DNA of 63,527 nucleotides, counting the filler, from Octopus bimaculoides (Eukaryota): assembly GCF_001194135.2 (NCBI RefSeq). It is 6 parts of 5 records of this genome, joined end to end, with 100 filler letters (N's around TTAATTAATTAA, not from the genome) between each part and the next. Parts side by side here need not be neighbours in the genome. Positions count along the whole stretch, not along the records: positions 1 to 25,130 come from NC_069005.1; positions 25,231 to 39,216 come from NC_069005.1; 4 more parts are not named here. One strand, given 5' to 3'. The first letter of the stretch is position 1. Each line of letters opens with the position of its first letter. The notes under the pieces are model-generated. The model was not told the DNA's origin. It made no database searches and was given only the letters and a program-made list of their open reading frames with translations. A program made the position numbers and the translations under genes. Positions 22,131-35,284 of this stretch are shown piece by piece.

Positions 22131-23705
22131 CACATACATACATACATACATACATGTATGCATGCATGGGGGGATTGGGCCACTAACGATGAAGTTGTTG
22201 TCATCGTTGGCAGCTTGCCTTAACAAATGTGTCAGGTGATGCCCGTGAGGGTGCTTTGTTTTACCTATGCCTTAGCCTTGCCATTGCTCATGGTATGCCA
22301 CAAGTGTGCTGTTTTTGCTTCAGTAGGTTCCATTGAACCTTCTGGTCTGCAACCAATTGAAATGCCTAGTGTTGAATTAAAGTTTTCTTTCTTTCTTTTC
22401 TTCTTTGTCTTTCTTTTGTACTATACATGTATCATATACATACGTGTTGTATATGTAATAAAATTTATACATTAATGAGTTCTGAAATCACACACACACA
22501 CATATATGTTGGGCTGCTAAAAATATATTTGTTCCCTTTACCAGTTGATTTTAAAGATATCCATTCCAATTGGCTGATCTTATTATAATTATCTCCCTTT
22601 GTTTATTTTATTTATTGATATATCTTAAACGCTTCAGCGAATTTTTAACTACTAATTACAAGGATAGTTTAAGTTACAGTTTTTTCAACATGTTAGGAGC
22701 GATCATATTTGAATTTCCTATGCAGAATACGCCCCCCGAGGAATTTTTCTTTCTGCGATATTGTTTAATATCTATTTCAAATAATTCTCAACAATATTTA
22801 TATTAAAGTACGTATTTAAACATTCAAACATTGCATTTATTTTATAAAACGATATTCCAAGTTCAGCATATTTCAATAACTACACGTTACTAGCTTTCAC
22901 ACACACACATATACGTTGACATAAGCACACACACACACATTCATACATAATTATAATGTGCTATTGATACACGATGTTATTAACTTTCACACATATACAC
23001 CGACATAAACACACGTATACGCATACATAATTACAGTGTGCTATAAATACACTTGTATATCATTTTGGCGATCTTTATTTCTATTTCACTTTTATGCTCT
23101 ATTTATTAAAAACCATACCGTACCAGTTTAACATACGTTATTTCCTAAACCAATGCTCTCGTTCACTTTAGTGTAATGGTTCAACACGCCTATAGAGTAA
23201 CAACTGTTACATACATACACACATATACACGCTCGTACATTGTGCCAAACAAGAGAACCTCAACATGGTTGCTTGTTCTGCTAGAGATAGCAACCATATT
23301 TCTCTCAAATTTACACTGTGCAGCAAACTGGCAGTCATCAGAAGGTAGGACGCGTAGTATTTGTTCTGATTCTCTGAGGCCTGAGTTCAAATCAGGCCAA
23401 GGTCAATGTTATCTTTCATACTTTCAGGATTGATCAAATAAAGTACCAGTCCGTAGCTATGAATTAGTGGAATTGTTAAACTGTCAGGGACATTCGGTCG
23501 TACTTGTTCCCGCTCCTGCTTTTCAGTTCTTGTATAGTAGACTTAAGTATTCGCCTATTTCCAGACAACCCTTGAAGGCCGTTTGTTTTTTAATCATTAT
23601 TTTCCATGTCATAGTAAAAAAAAATCTAAATTTAAACATCTATGTTTAAATGAATAGATACCTTCTCATTTTCTGTTTATGAACATCATCATCAATTTTG
23701 ACAAA

Positions 23706-24249
23706 TCAATCAATAATATATTCTTCGTTGTTCATGACTTCTTGCCAATGTTTCACCAGCTTGTCAATGCTTTGAGGGCAAAAATCACCAGGCCTTGACT
23801 CGAAGAATTCATTTTGCCACGTTTTCAATTCCTCATTGTTGTTGAACAAAACACCTTGCAGACTTTTGAAGAGCGACTGAAAAAGGTGATAATCTGAAGG
23901 TGCTATATCAGTAGAATATGGTGGGTATGGCAGGACTTCACAGCCAGCCTCTTGAATAACATTTTAGGTCAAATTAGTGATGTCGTATATATGTATGTGT
24001 GTGTGTGTATGTTTATGTGTATATGTTTGTCCCCCCAACATCGCTTGATAACCGATGCTGGTGTGTTTACGTCCCTGTAACTAAGCGGTTCGGCAAGAGA
24101 CCGATAGNNNNNNNNNNGGGGGGGGGGGCGATTTGCTCGACTAAAGGCGGTGTTCCAGCATGGCCGCAGTCAAATGACTGAAACAAGTAAGAGAGAGAGA
24201 GAGAGAGAGAGATAACACTGGAATTACGAATTTATTTGACAACCCAATA
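23706..24249 (-). mobile_element. Internally deleted mariner element with a nested SINE B tail (about 23995-24195)
   Basis: EVLPYPPYSTDIAPSDYHLFQSL..IDKLVKHWQEVMNNEEYIID* (23706 to about 23965); mariner-like terminus TATTGGGTTGTCAAATAAATTCG on the minus strand ending at 24249. Confidence 0.85.
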
Positions 24250-24832
24250 TTAACTCTTACATTCAATTCTTCTAGGGTCATTGAAATAAAGTCTAGTCCA
24301 TACCTTTGAATTAGTAGAATTGTTCGAGACACTTGGTTAGTATCTGTTTCAGGTTCTGCATTTGAGTTCTTGAGTGGAAGAGCTTATTCTTTGCCTATTT
24401 AAAGACAACCCTGAAGACTTATTTTATTATTATTTTCAAAGTCTGATCAAAGATATTAGAATTAAAAATCCATGCTTAAACAAATACATACTGTCCCGTT
24501 GTTTTTTTTTCTGTTAATAAGCAATGTTTCTAAATGTTTTAAATACATTTTATTAATAAGATTAACATTTTTGAAGATTATTTAACCTCATCTTTAGAAA
24601 TTAATAAAATCTTCAATGTATGTGTTTACTTCTACATTATATTTTGAATTATTTGTTCTCTGTCATTCGTTGTTTGTTGTTAATTCCAGTTCAATCTTGA
24701 TTGTCAGACTGATCTTGAAAGGAAAGCATTATAGCTTCACCATCCTGAATGGTATACAAAGTACTGGCCTCGATTAGAACAAAACAATGTTTTCATCTAC
24801 GAATTTACTGTTCAAAACCAATCATGGGTTAA

Positions 24833-25130
24833 CACCCGCACGATTTTCACTAAGGGAAAAAATAAAGAGAAAAAAAACTCAGAATTTTTGCGTGGAATCG
24901 AGTACCCTGACCTCCTAATATGCTGCAAAACCCTTGTTTGGGTTCGGAAGAAAGGAAATTTTTTTTTTTTTCGTTGAATGAATTCCTGTGACCTAATATG
25001 CTACAAAAGCCTTTTTGGGGTCCGAAAAACGGGGTGGGGTGAGGTGGAAGCCTCGGAAATTTCACGCCCCACCCCCATTGATCTTTTCACCCGCACGATT
25101 TTCACTAAGGGAAAAAATAAAGAGAAAAAA
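24833..25130. repeat. 255-bp-period tandem repeat running into a gap
   Basis: CACCCGCACGATTTTCACTAAGGGAAAAAATAAAGAGAAAAAA occurs at 24833 and again at 25088. Confidence 0.75.
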
Positions 25131-25174
25131 NNNNNNNNNNNNNNNNNNNNNNNNNNNNNNNNNNNNNNNNNNNN

Positions 25175-25186
25175 TTAATTAATTAA
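25175..25186. other. Artificial assembly linker N44-TTAATTAATTAA-N44
   Basis: Identical 100-bp construct at 25175, 39261, 53320, 55661 and 58763; the palindromic 12-mer has a TAA stop in all six frames. Confidence 0.97.
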
Positions 25187-25347
25187 NNNNNNNNNNNNNN
25201 NNNNNNNNNNNNNNNNNNNNNNNNNNNNNNCATTTGCTGGTCATTCCTCTTATTTTTGTATACAATATAATTTTAATCTTCGGATTTTTTTAATATGCTA
25301 GACCACTGGTTTTAATTGATTAATTTCAATTTCTACCCTCATTAATA

Positions 25348-25387
<40 letters not shown>

Positions 25388-25988
25388 CTATGTATGAGTG
25401 CGTGTGTGTGTGCATGTCTTTGTGTCTGTGTTTGTCCTCCATCACCACTGAACAACTGATGTTGGTGTGTCCCTGTAACTAAGCAGTTCAGCAAAAGAAC
25501 CAATAGAATGAGTACTAGGCTTGAAAAAGAAACAAGTCCTGGGGAGCCGATAATGCAATCATGCATGCACGCATGCATGATGGGCTTCTTTTTGTTTCTA
25601 CATACCATATCCACAGTATAAATACTTTCTTTATTTGAATGTGTGAACATACCGTGAAATAATTTTTTTTTTTTAATACTTTAATTAAAATAAAAGTACT
25701 TTCATTTTCAAAAGTACTGTTTTAATTACTCAGGGCTGAAACTCGAGTCGCCTTTATATATTTATATTTATATATTTATATATTTGATCCTTTATATTGA
25801 ACACTCAATATTTCATCTACATTCAATACTTTCTTTCATGGTGCCATCCATTTTTATTTTATTTTATTTTATATTATATATTGTATATTATATTATATAT
25901 TGTATATTCCATATTCTATACCCCACATTTGTTCTGCAGGAATATAAATAAAACATAAAAAACAGACAGTGTTGGAACTCTTTTAAAC

Positions 25989-26037
<49 letters not shown>

Positions 26038-26040
<3 letters not shown>

Positions 26041-26430
26041 CGCAGGAGTGGCTGTGTGGTAAGAAGCTTGCTTTCCAACCACATGGTTCCGGGTTCAATC
26101 ACACTGCATGGCACCTTGGGAAAGTGTCTTCTACTATAGCCTTGGGCCGACCAAAGCCTTGTGAGTGGATTTGGTAGATGGAAACTGAAAGAAGCCCATC
26201 GTATATATGTGTGTGTGTTTATGTATTTGTGTGTCTGGTTTTTTCCCCCCACTATCACTTGACAACCAGTGTTGGTGTGTTTACTTCCCAGTAACTTAGT
26301 GGTTTGGCAAAAGAGACTGATAGAATAAGTACCAGGCTTACAAAGAATAACTTCCGGGGTCGATTAGTATGACTAAAGGTGGTGCTCCAGCATGGCCGCA
26401 GTCAAATTACTGAATCAAGTAAAAGAGTAA
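26038..26430 (+). mobile_element. Full-length SINE A/B (tRNA-like head, internal microsatellite, hairpin tail)
   Basis: GGCGCAGGAGTGGCTGTGTGGTAAG..GGGTTCAATC head, (TA/TG)n core, tail CAGTCAAATTACTGAATCAAGTAAAAGAG. Confidence 0.9.
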
Positions 26431-27127
26431 ACGAATATATATATATGTTCACATAACCAAGACAGAGATGTGATGTAAGTGAACTCAAAGACCTAGTTCT
26501 CAACAACAAGGTAGTTTTAATAATATAATTTGCCGATTATTAACCTCATTATTGGTGTGGTAATGCTGTTTTGTTTCAATGTTATACCATGGTTTATATC
26601 AATAAATTTTTAACTAATTATATTGCAGAACACACATATTAGCCATTCAGAAAACACGCAAAGTCTGTTAACTTCACTTAAACATTTACTATTTGGTGTC
26701 AAAATTTCCATTGCACCAATTGCAATCTGGTCACTGACATAGTTCTTCTGGGTCTGGCCTGTGACAAGGTTGCTGGTTGCCATATGTTGGTTCATCATCA
26801 TCATAATCATCATCAATGTTTAACGTCCATTTTCCATGCTGGCATGGGTTGGACGGTTTGATTGTTCCATAGTCTGTTTTGGTTTGGTTTTTCTGGCTGG
26901 ATGCCCTTCCTAATGCCAACCACTCTATAGAGTGCACTGAGCGCCTTTTATGTGTCACCGGCATGGGCACCCTTTACATATCACTGGCATGGACGCCTTT
27001 CATGTGTACCAGCACTGACCATGCTTATGATTTCATTTAACATATCTTCTCAAGCTCAGCAGTTCTAATAAAGCTTTTAAACTTTGGATAATAGTCTCCC
27101 ATGTACATTTAATACATATATATAAAT

Positions 27128-27515
27128 GTGGCTGTGTGGTAAGAAATTTGCTTCCTGACCACATGGTTCCAGGTTCAGTCCCACTGCGTGGCATCTTGAG
27201 CAAGTGTCTTCTACTATTGCCTCGGGTCGACCAAAGCCTTGTGAGTGAATTTGGTAGACGGAAACTGAAAGAAGCCTGTCATATGTATGTATGTGTATAT
27301 GTGTGTGTATGTATTTGTGTGTCTTTTGTCCCCTCACCATCGCTTGAGAACCGATGTTGGTGTGTTTATGTCCCCGTAACTTAGTGGTTCGTCACAAGAG
27401 ACTGATAGAATAGCTACTAGGCTACTAGAATAAGTCCTGGAGCCTATTTGCTTAACTAAAGGCAGTGCTCCAGCATGGCTGCAGTCAAATAACTGGAACA
27501 AGTAAAAGAATTAAA
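27128..27515 (+). mobile_element. Full-length SINE A/B
   Basis: Collinear with 26038-26430. Confidence 0.88.
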
Positions 27516-27550
27516 GACTATATATATATTTACATGAAGTTAAATAAATG

Positions 27551-27702
27551 TCTGGTTAGAGAGCAACTAATGATTTTGCATCCATAAAGTGCTTTGTTTT
27601 ATAGACAACTTGTCAGACCCCTGTGGCCATTGGTGTCTGACGAATTGTCTATAAAGTCAAGTGCTTTATGGATGTAAAACCATCGGTCACTCTATGACCA
27701 GA
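27551..27702. repeat. 152-bp imperfect palindrome; each arm is a decayed hammerhead-like motif
   Basis: Arms 27551-27618 and 27635-27702 match 53/68 (13 of 15 differences are transitions), 16-nt loop. Right arm: CTGACGA (27637), 9-bp stem TCTATAAAG/CTTTATGGA, AAAA for GAAA, stem III CC-ATC-GG, GTC cleavage triplet (27686-27688). Confidence 0.75.
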
Positions 27703-27786
27703 GATATATATAACTTCGTGTAAATACATTACTGCTCTAACTTTTAGGGTGTGTTTCTTTTTCGGATATATGGTCCACTGACAATA

Positions 27787-28254
27787 CCGTAAATCCTCGA
27801 GTATAGTCCACCTTTAAGTATAATACGTAGGGGATTTTTAGGGGGCTGTACCTCTGAAAAACCTAAACCTTGTGTATAATACACACCCCTGAGTCAAGGT
27901 GGTCTATATAACATTCTTGGTTTGTAAACATATATACGGTAACGTCCTTTATTATTAGTGTATATATAACATAATGCAAACGTGTAGCTTTATTGTGCAC
28001 TTTGTTTGCAGAAAATAAAGAAATAATAGTAATAACGTCAAGGAAAAATAAATATAGCTTAAGGTATTGGCTTAAGGTATTTTCGCGCCTGACATCACAA
28101 AATGCATCTGAATAAACATTGCCGGACAGCAAATAGAGACTCGGACATTGCTTAGAAAATATTTTTCATTTTTGACCTCGTATATAGTACGCACTAGGGA
28201 TTTTGACCTTTAAATTTTGGGAAAAAAATGCGAATTATACTCGAGGATTTACGG
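27787..28254. mobile_element. pogo/Tigger-type MITE
   Basis: Perfect 19-bp TIR CCGTAAATCCTCGAGTATA (27787-27805 and 28236-28254); TA on both sides. Confidence 0.92.
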
Positions 28255-28264
28255 TATACACACC

Positions 28265-28299
<35 letters not shown>

Positions 28300-28303
28300 T
28301 TGT

Positions 28304-28337
<34 letters not shown>

Positions 28338-28668
28338 TTGTGTGTGTGTATTTTGAAATACACTACTTCTTATTCTTTTCCACTCTAGGCACAAGGCCCG
28401 AAATTTTTGAAGTGGTGGTGGGCCAGTCGATTAGATTGACTCCAGTACATAACTGGTACTTAATTCATCGACCCCGAAAGGATGAAAGGCAAAGTCGACC
28501 TCGATTGACACTAAATAGAGAAAAGGCTGCTGGGTTTGAGTAACTTTTAGTGGGATTTAAATTTAGAATGATATGATTGCATGACTAAAATATCAATTTA
28601 AAGTTTCAGCACAATATTGGGGGAGCGGGTAAGTCATTACATCAACACTAGTGTTCAACTGGTACTTA

Positions 28669-28831
28669 CCGTATTTTAACGTGTATAAGGAACCCTTTTT
28701 TTTTTGTCAAAAATTAGGTTAAAAAAATATGGGAGTTTCTTACACGTGGATAGTATTATAATTCCTTCCAAAATCTTTTTTCCAAATTTTAAGTCCCCAA
28801 AATTAGGGGGTTCCTTATACGTGTAATATGG
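28669..28831. mobile_element. Short pogo/Tigger-type MITE inserted at a TA inside a SINE C
   Basis: Imperfect TIRs CCGTATTTT..GTATAAGGAACCC and GGGTTCCTTATAC..AATATGG; the SINE C motif CTGGTACT|TA|TTTTATC is split exactly here. Confidence 0.8.
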
Positions 28832-29570
28832 TATTTTATCAACCCTGAAAGGATGAAAGGTGAAGTCAACCTTGGCAGAATTTGAACTTAGAATGTAAGG
28901 ACGGATGAAATGCCACGAAACACTTTGCCTGCTGTGCTGGTGGTTTTGCCAACTCACCACCTTTGAGCATGACTAAAATATCAGTTTCAAATTTTCGCAC
29001 AAGGCCAGCAATTTTGAAGGAGGGGGTGGTAAATCAATTACATCAACCTCCCCAGTACTCAACTGGTACTTATTTTATTGACCCCCACCAAAAGGATGAA
29101 AGGCAAAGTCAATTTGGCGGAATGTGATCTCAGAACGTGAAGACAGACAAAATGCTATAAACATCATCCCCTTCCCCCGCCTTGCTACCAATTCTTCCAG
29201 CTCACTGCCTAAGAGGCTAAGTAAAATCTCACAAATTACTTGAATTTGATATTCCAAAAGCACTTCAATCCAAACATTTCGTTACCCTTACTAATTCTCA
29301 AATAAATTATGTGGCAGCAGCCATCAGCGATATTCTCTTATTTCCTTTTTAGAAATACGATCCATCCCGTATTTTGGAGCTGTATCAAACTATTGTACTG
29401 AGATTGTTTAATTGAGAGGGTAGAGATTATTAGCTGTCTGTGGTAAACTTAGCCAGTACACAGCTTTACATAACACTATGCGGTGTCATGTCATACATCA
29501 TACTGTATTACACTTACTGTATCACACAACAATATGCCACACTTATGATAATACAATATATATAACACTC

Positions 29571-29637
<67 letters not shown>

Positions 29638-30835
29638 TCCAACCCATGCTAGCATGGAAAGCGGACGTTAAACGACGATGATGATATATATGATGGGCTT
29701 CCACACAATTTCCATCTACCAGATTCATTCACAAGTCATTGGTTGGCCTGAAGGTATAGTAGAAGACACTTGCTCAAGGTGCTGCACAGTGGGACTGAAC
29801 CCAAATCGAAGTGATTGCAAAGTGAGCTTCTTAACTACCCAGCCATGCATGTACCTATACCAGAGAAACAGAGAGAGAGAAGGAGGGAGGGTGGGAGGTA
29901 TAAACTAGTTAACAACAGTATATACGTACACTAATTATTCTGTCCTGGTATGATGACGAGGGTTCCAGTTGATCCCTTCGTTTGAACAGGCTGCTCGTGA
30001 AATTTTTGATGAAACACTAACTATTTGCTTCTTTGCACTGAAGCAAAAAGAAAGCCTTTTGATGTCGCAGTAGTAAAATGGGAGTAGTAATATTCACACA
30101 TACACACACTCACTACCTCATTCACTCATACACACACTGTCACATATATGTACACACACACGTATGCAAGCACACACATGGAAGGGAGGGAGATATAGAC
30201 TAGTTAACCATATCATATACATATACTAATTGTTCTGCTCCAGAACTCCACAGACATGTGTACCCTTAATGTAATTCTCAGAGAGATTCAGTGTGACACA
30301 GAGTGTAACAAGGCTGGCCCCTTGAAGTACAGATACAACTCATTTTTGCAATGTGAAATAAAGTGTCTTGCTTAAGGATACAACGTATCACCGGGACACG
30401 ATGCAGTACCAGGAATTGAACTCACTGCCTTACAATCGTGAACCAAATACTCTAACCATGAAGCTACACATCTTCACTTTCATTTATTATTATGTTGTTT
30501 GTTCTTTCTTGAGCCATGCCTGGCCCATAAGGACCTAGTTTCATTGGTGTATAGGTTCCCCACCTGGACGGGACGCCAGTCTTTTCCAGGTGAGCTGCTA
30601 GATGCAGGAGGAAAGAGTGAGAGAAATTTGTGGCAAAAGAGTCAGCAGAAGTTTGTCCATTACCTTCTACCAGAACCATGGGAAGCTTAGGTGTTTTGCT
30701 CATAAATACACACATTGCCCAGTCTAAGATCTGAACTTGTGATCCCTCAACTGTGAGTCCACTATAACCACTAGGGCATGTGCTTCCACACATTTATAAT
30801 GTAAGTAATCAATATTATTATTATTATTATTATTA

Positions 30836-30962
30836 AGGGGGTCGACTTTGCCTTTCATCCTTTCGGGGATCGATAAACTAAGTACCAGTTATGCACTAGG
30901 GTCAATGCAGTTGACTCATCCCCTCTCCCAAAATTTCAGGCCTTGTGCCTATAGTAGAAAGG

Positions 30963-31009
<47 letters not shown>

Positions 31010-31225
31010 GGTGGTGAGCTGGCAGAATCGTTAGCACACTGGATGAAATGCTGAGTAGTATTTCACCTGTCACTACGTTCTGAGTTCAAATTCTGCTGAA
31101 GTCAACTTAACCTTTCATCCTTTCAGGGTCGATAAATTAAGTACCAGTGAAACACTGGGGTCAATGTAGTTGACTAGTCCCCTCCCCACAAATTTCAGGC
31201 CTTGTGCCTATAATAAAAAGGATCA
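30836..31225 (+). mobile_element. Two tandem SINE C copies separated and flanked by (ATT)n
   Basis: Partial copy at 30836-30965 and full copy at 31008-31225, each followed by an (ATT)n tail. Confidence 0.85.
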
Positions 31226-31270
31226 TTATTATTATTATTATTATTGTTATTATTATTATTATTATTATTA

Positions 31271-31303
<33 letters not shown>

Positions 31304-33399
31304 GCAACAACCACAAGAGCCGAAATGTTGCATATGAGTGTATATATGCATCTAAGTCTGTTATCTCTCTCCTCTCTCTCTGTCTGGACGCGTGATGTAT
31401 TTGAAGAATGGGAGTTAGATAAAGAAATGCCAAGTGATTGAAATGAAAGGAATGTGCAATAGAGGAAGATGGGAGGAAGAAGTATTGAAAGGTGAGATCA
31501 AGATTGTTGAACCTCGTAAAGGAGATAATGGTAAATTGTAGCAAACAGTGAGATTCTGTGTGGAAGAGAACCTGTCCGACACATGTAGATGTGATGTAAA
31601 TTGTAATGAAGTTGAAGTAAGCATGTAAAGGCACCAGCATCGGTCATCAAGTGATGTTGTGGGGGACAAACACAGACACACAAACATATACATCCATACA
31701 TACACACACACACATATATATATACGACCTGCTTCTTTCAGTTTCCGTCTACCAAATCCACTCACAAGGCTTTGGTCAGCTCGAGGCTATAGTAGAAGAC
31801 ACTTGCCCAAGGTGTCATGCAGTGGGACTGAACCCAGAACCATGTGGTTGGTAAGCAAGCTACTTACCACACAGACATGTGTCATCATCATCATCATCAT
31901 CATCATCGTTTAACATCCGCTTTCCATGACTGAGGACTGGCGAAACAGATGGCTGCACCAGGCTCCAATCTGATCTGGCAGAGTTTCTACAGCTTTTGCA
32001 CGGCACTGGTATGGATGCATTTCTGTGGCACCAGCAAAGGTGCTTTTATGTGGGCCCCGGCATCGGCGCTTTTACATGGCACTTGTACAGGTACTTTTAC
32101 ATAGTACCATCATAAATACTTTCATGTGGAGCCAGCACCCTTGAACTCACAAAACTAGGATCCCTTGGCTGAGAGAGGGCTGTAGAGGACATGCCTGTAT
32201 GAATGGGCAGCCACAATTTTTCTTAGCTTCGTGTGTCTTCTCAAGCACAGGAAACCACTAGAAGTCTAAGTCCCTTGTCATCTCCTCTGTGAGACCCCAC
32301 ATCTGAGAATCCTTTATCATCACTTCATCCCACATCTTCTTGGGTCTGTCCCTTCCATGCATTCCCTAATTCTCAAATATAATCAGCATGGGATAGTGTG
32401 ATAAGGTTGCACTTTTTAATTACTGGTATGTTCTATCAAATGGGGTCATTTCACATGGTTTCTGTCAACCCCGTTTCCCCTCAAAGTGTATGGTTGACTT
32501 TATTGCCCACCCTCCAAAATGATTAAAGGCAAAGTCGACATTTGAACTCAGAACATAAAGAGCCGGATGAACCATAAAAGCCAGTAATTTCAGGAGGAAA
32601 GGGTAAGGGTAAGTCAGTTAGATGGAGCCCCATGATAAACTGGGACTTATTTTATCAACCCCGAGAGGACGAAAAGCAAAGTCAACCTCTGCAAAATTTG
32701 AACTCAGAATCTAAAGACAGACGAAAGTATCAGGTGAAATTTTTTTGACTAAAACCCTTCAAGGCAGTGCCCCAGCATGGCCATAGTCCAATGTCTGAGA
32801 CCAGTAAAAGATAAGATACAGTTACCACCACATTCTGTTCATATATTTTATCACATCTCCTCCACTGCTGGAGACACTTGTATAAGGAGGGTGAAGTGCA
32901 GAGGTGAAAAATATACTTTCTTCCTTATCAAGCCCAGTTTATTGACATGAGATAAAGACATTTATAATAACACTTAGGATATTAGTTTCAAATTTTGGCA
33001 CAAGGCCAGCAGTGTTGGTGGTGGGGGCAAATTGGATTTCCTCCCGGCATTCAAAAGTGAAAACAATACTAAATGCACTGTGACCAGCTATATATAACAG
33101 CATCCAATAGTCTGGTTGATCACACGATATATATATATATATTATTATAATAATAATATTAGGGATAAAAATCCAAATTTACAGGTAAAAACTCAATTAA
33201 ATTCAATTTATTAAAATTTAAAATTAAATAAAGTTTCACAGTATAAAATATAAATATATAGTTTTAGAGAAAAGAACCAAAGTTCATGAACTCATCGATG
33301 AAAATCCACTGTCACATATAGAAAAATGAATAAGTAAAAGCACAATAAATAAGTATAATATAATATGTATGTCGTTTCATTATCTTTATCTTATGATAT

Positions 33400-34465
33400 T
33401 TACTTTGTGACCAACGGAGACGATGGATGTTATCCAACCATCTTGTTCTTGGTCTATGCCTAGGATTTCTGTCAGTCATTGTTGGGGTAGAATCCTCAGG
33501 CATCTCCTCTATAGGGTCCTGTCAGAAGCAATTGTTTTTATGCTTCCTGGCTGGATTCCCTAGAATGACCAACTGAGGCTATGGACATTATTCAATCGTC
33601 TCATTCTTGGCCTACACCGAAGTCTCCTGCTGGTCATGGAGGTAGACTCCTCATGCACCTTCCTCCTCCATAGTATTCTATAGTGTTCTATGGATATTAT
33701 CCAGCCATCTTGTTCTTGGTCTAACCCTAGGTCTCTCACCAGTTAGCTCAGCTTGAAGAATCTGTCTTTCAGTTTTTTTCCTTGTGACATTCTGATCATA
33801 TGTCCTTAGTACCAGAACTGTGACCTTTCAGTGCAGAGAAGTAGTGGCTCAACCTGGATAGACACCCTGATCTCTGACCTACACACATTACTCTAAGATG
33901 CATACGTTTGTATACAGTACAAAACTAATATCAAACTACAAGTACTACCTTTTCCCAGGGGGGACTAAAAACAATAGGACCATAGAAATTGCCTTAACAT
34001 AAGGAGGATACCTAAAATTTAACTCGAATGAACCTTCTAAAACTGTCGCAGGCACGGAAATGAAACGAAAGAGAGTTGTCTTCACATACAGATGAGACGG
34101 GATAGTGAGACTGGTAAAAATTTAAAAAACAACTATTTTCTATAAAAAAAAAGAACTATTAAGAAACGAGAAAATTGAGTACCCGGAGATTTCACACACT
34201 TGTGAACAATGTAAGAGAAAGGAATAGCTACACAGAAAATACACATCCTCATAAACAGAATATCGGTGGGGAATTCACATGTGTTGTGGAGGGCAGCTGC
34301 ACAGCTTTACTCCAGAGATCTTTTGGAGGAACCCCATTGTGGCTGCTTTCATTCATGGTCGTACTCTTTCAGTCATCACACTGCATTCATGACCATAGGT
34401 GAGGATAATCACGTAGACTATACAGAAGATAGCGAGTTTGTTTGTTCTAACAACAAGAAATCTGA
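33400..34465 (-). mobile_element. Decayed RTE-clade (Expander/Rex3-like) LINE 3' region
   Basis: IILTYGHECSVMTERVRP*MKAATMGFLQKISGV (about 34290-34460) and GHMIRMS..RPRVRPRTRWLDNI (about 33690-33820); the last motif is reiterated three times. Confidence 0.75.
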
Positions 34466-35284
34466 GTAGGGTATTTACGAAGTAATCCTTCCTTTCTCCC
34501 CCCCCCNNNNNNNNNNNNNNNNNNNNNNNNNNNNNNNNNNNNNNNNNNNNNNNNNNNNNNNNNNNNNNNNNNNNNNNNNNNNNNNNNNNNNNNNNNNNNN
34601 NNNNNNNNNNNNNNNNNNNNNNNNNNNNNNNNNNNNNNNNNNNNNNNNNNNNNNNNNNNNNNNNNNNNNNNNNNNNNNNNNNNNNNNNNNNNNNNNNNNN
34701 NNNNNNNNNNNNNNNNNNNNNNNNNNNNNAATGTCTTAATCAAGATAAGATGTTGTTTGTTTCTTAATGACTTACTGTTGTTATTGATATTAACAATAGC
34801 AACAACAACAATAATAATTCCACTGACAATCATCAAAAAAGGTTAAAACATCTGGAGATAAGAATAATTACTCATAAGATGGGGTCATTTAACTCAAAAC
34901 AGCTTGACAAACATATTGGTAATGCCTGCTATACATGACTGTAGAGTTGCTGTAGTTGTTGCTGTTCAACCCCAAGTCAGTATTCAGTGAGTAGATCTAT
35001 GATCAAAGGTGTGCCAATTATGGCCATCCCATCTCTTATTTTCATTTAGTGCCTTAGATAGTGCCTTTTTTTTTTTGTTTTTTATTCAAAATCTGACACC
35101 ACCTCTTCTCCTCATTTCTGAATGTCTTCCCCGGATGATGAATGTTTCCGAATTGTTACGGTGGACTTTGGGTCCTAACAAGAGATGAAACTCGAAGGAG
35201 GAAGTTTTGTGGCAGTATTTCCCATGGCAGTATTTCCCATGGAGAAAAGATGGTTGGTGTCAGGATTGAAAAGGGCTTTAATAT

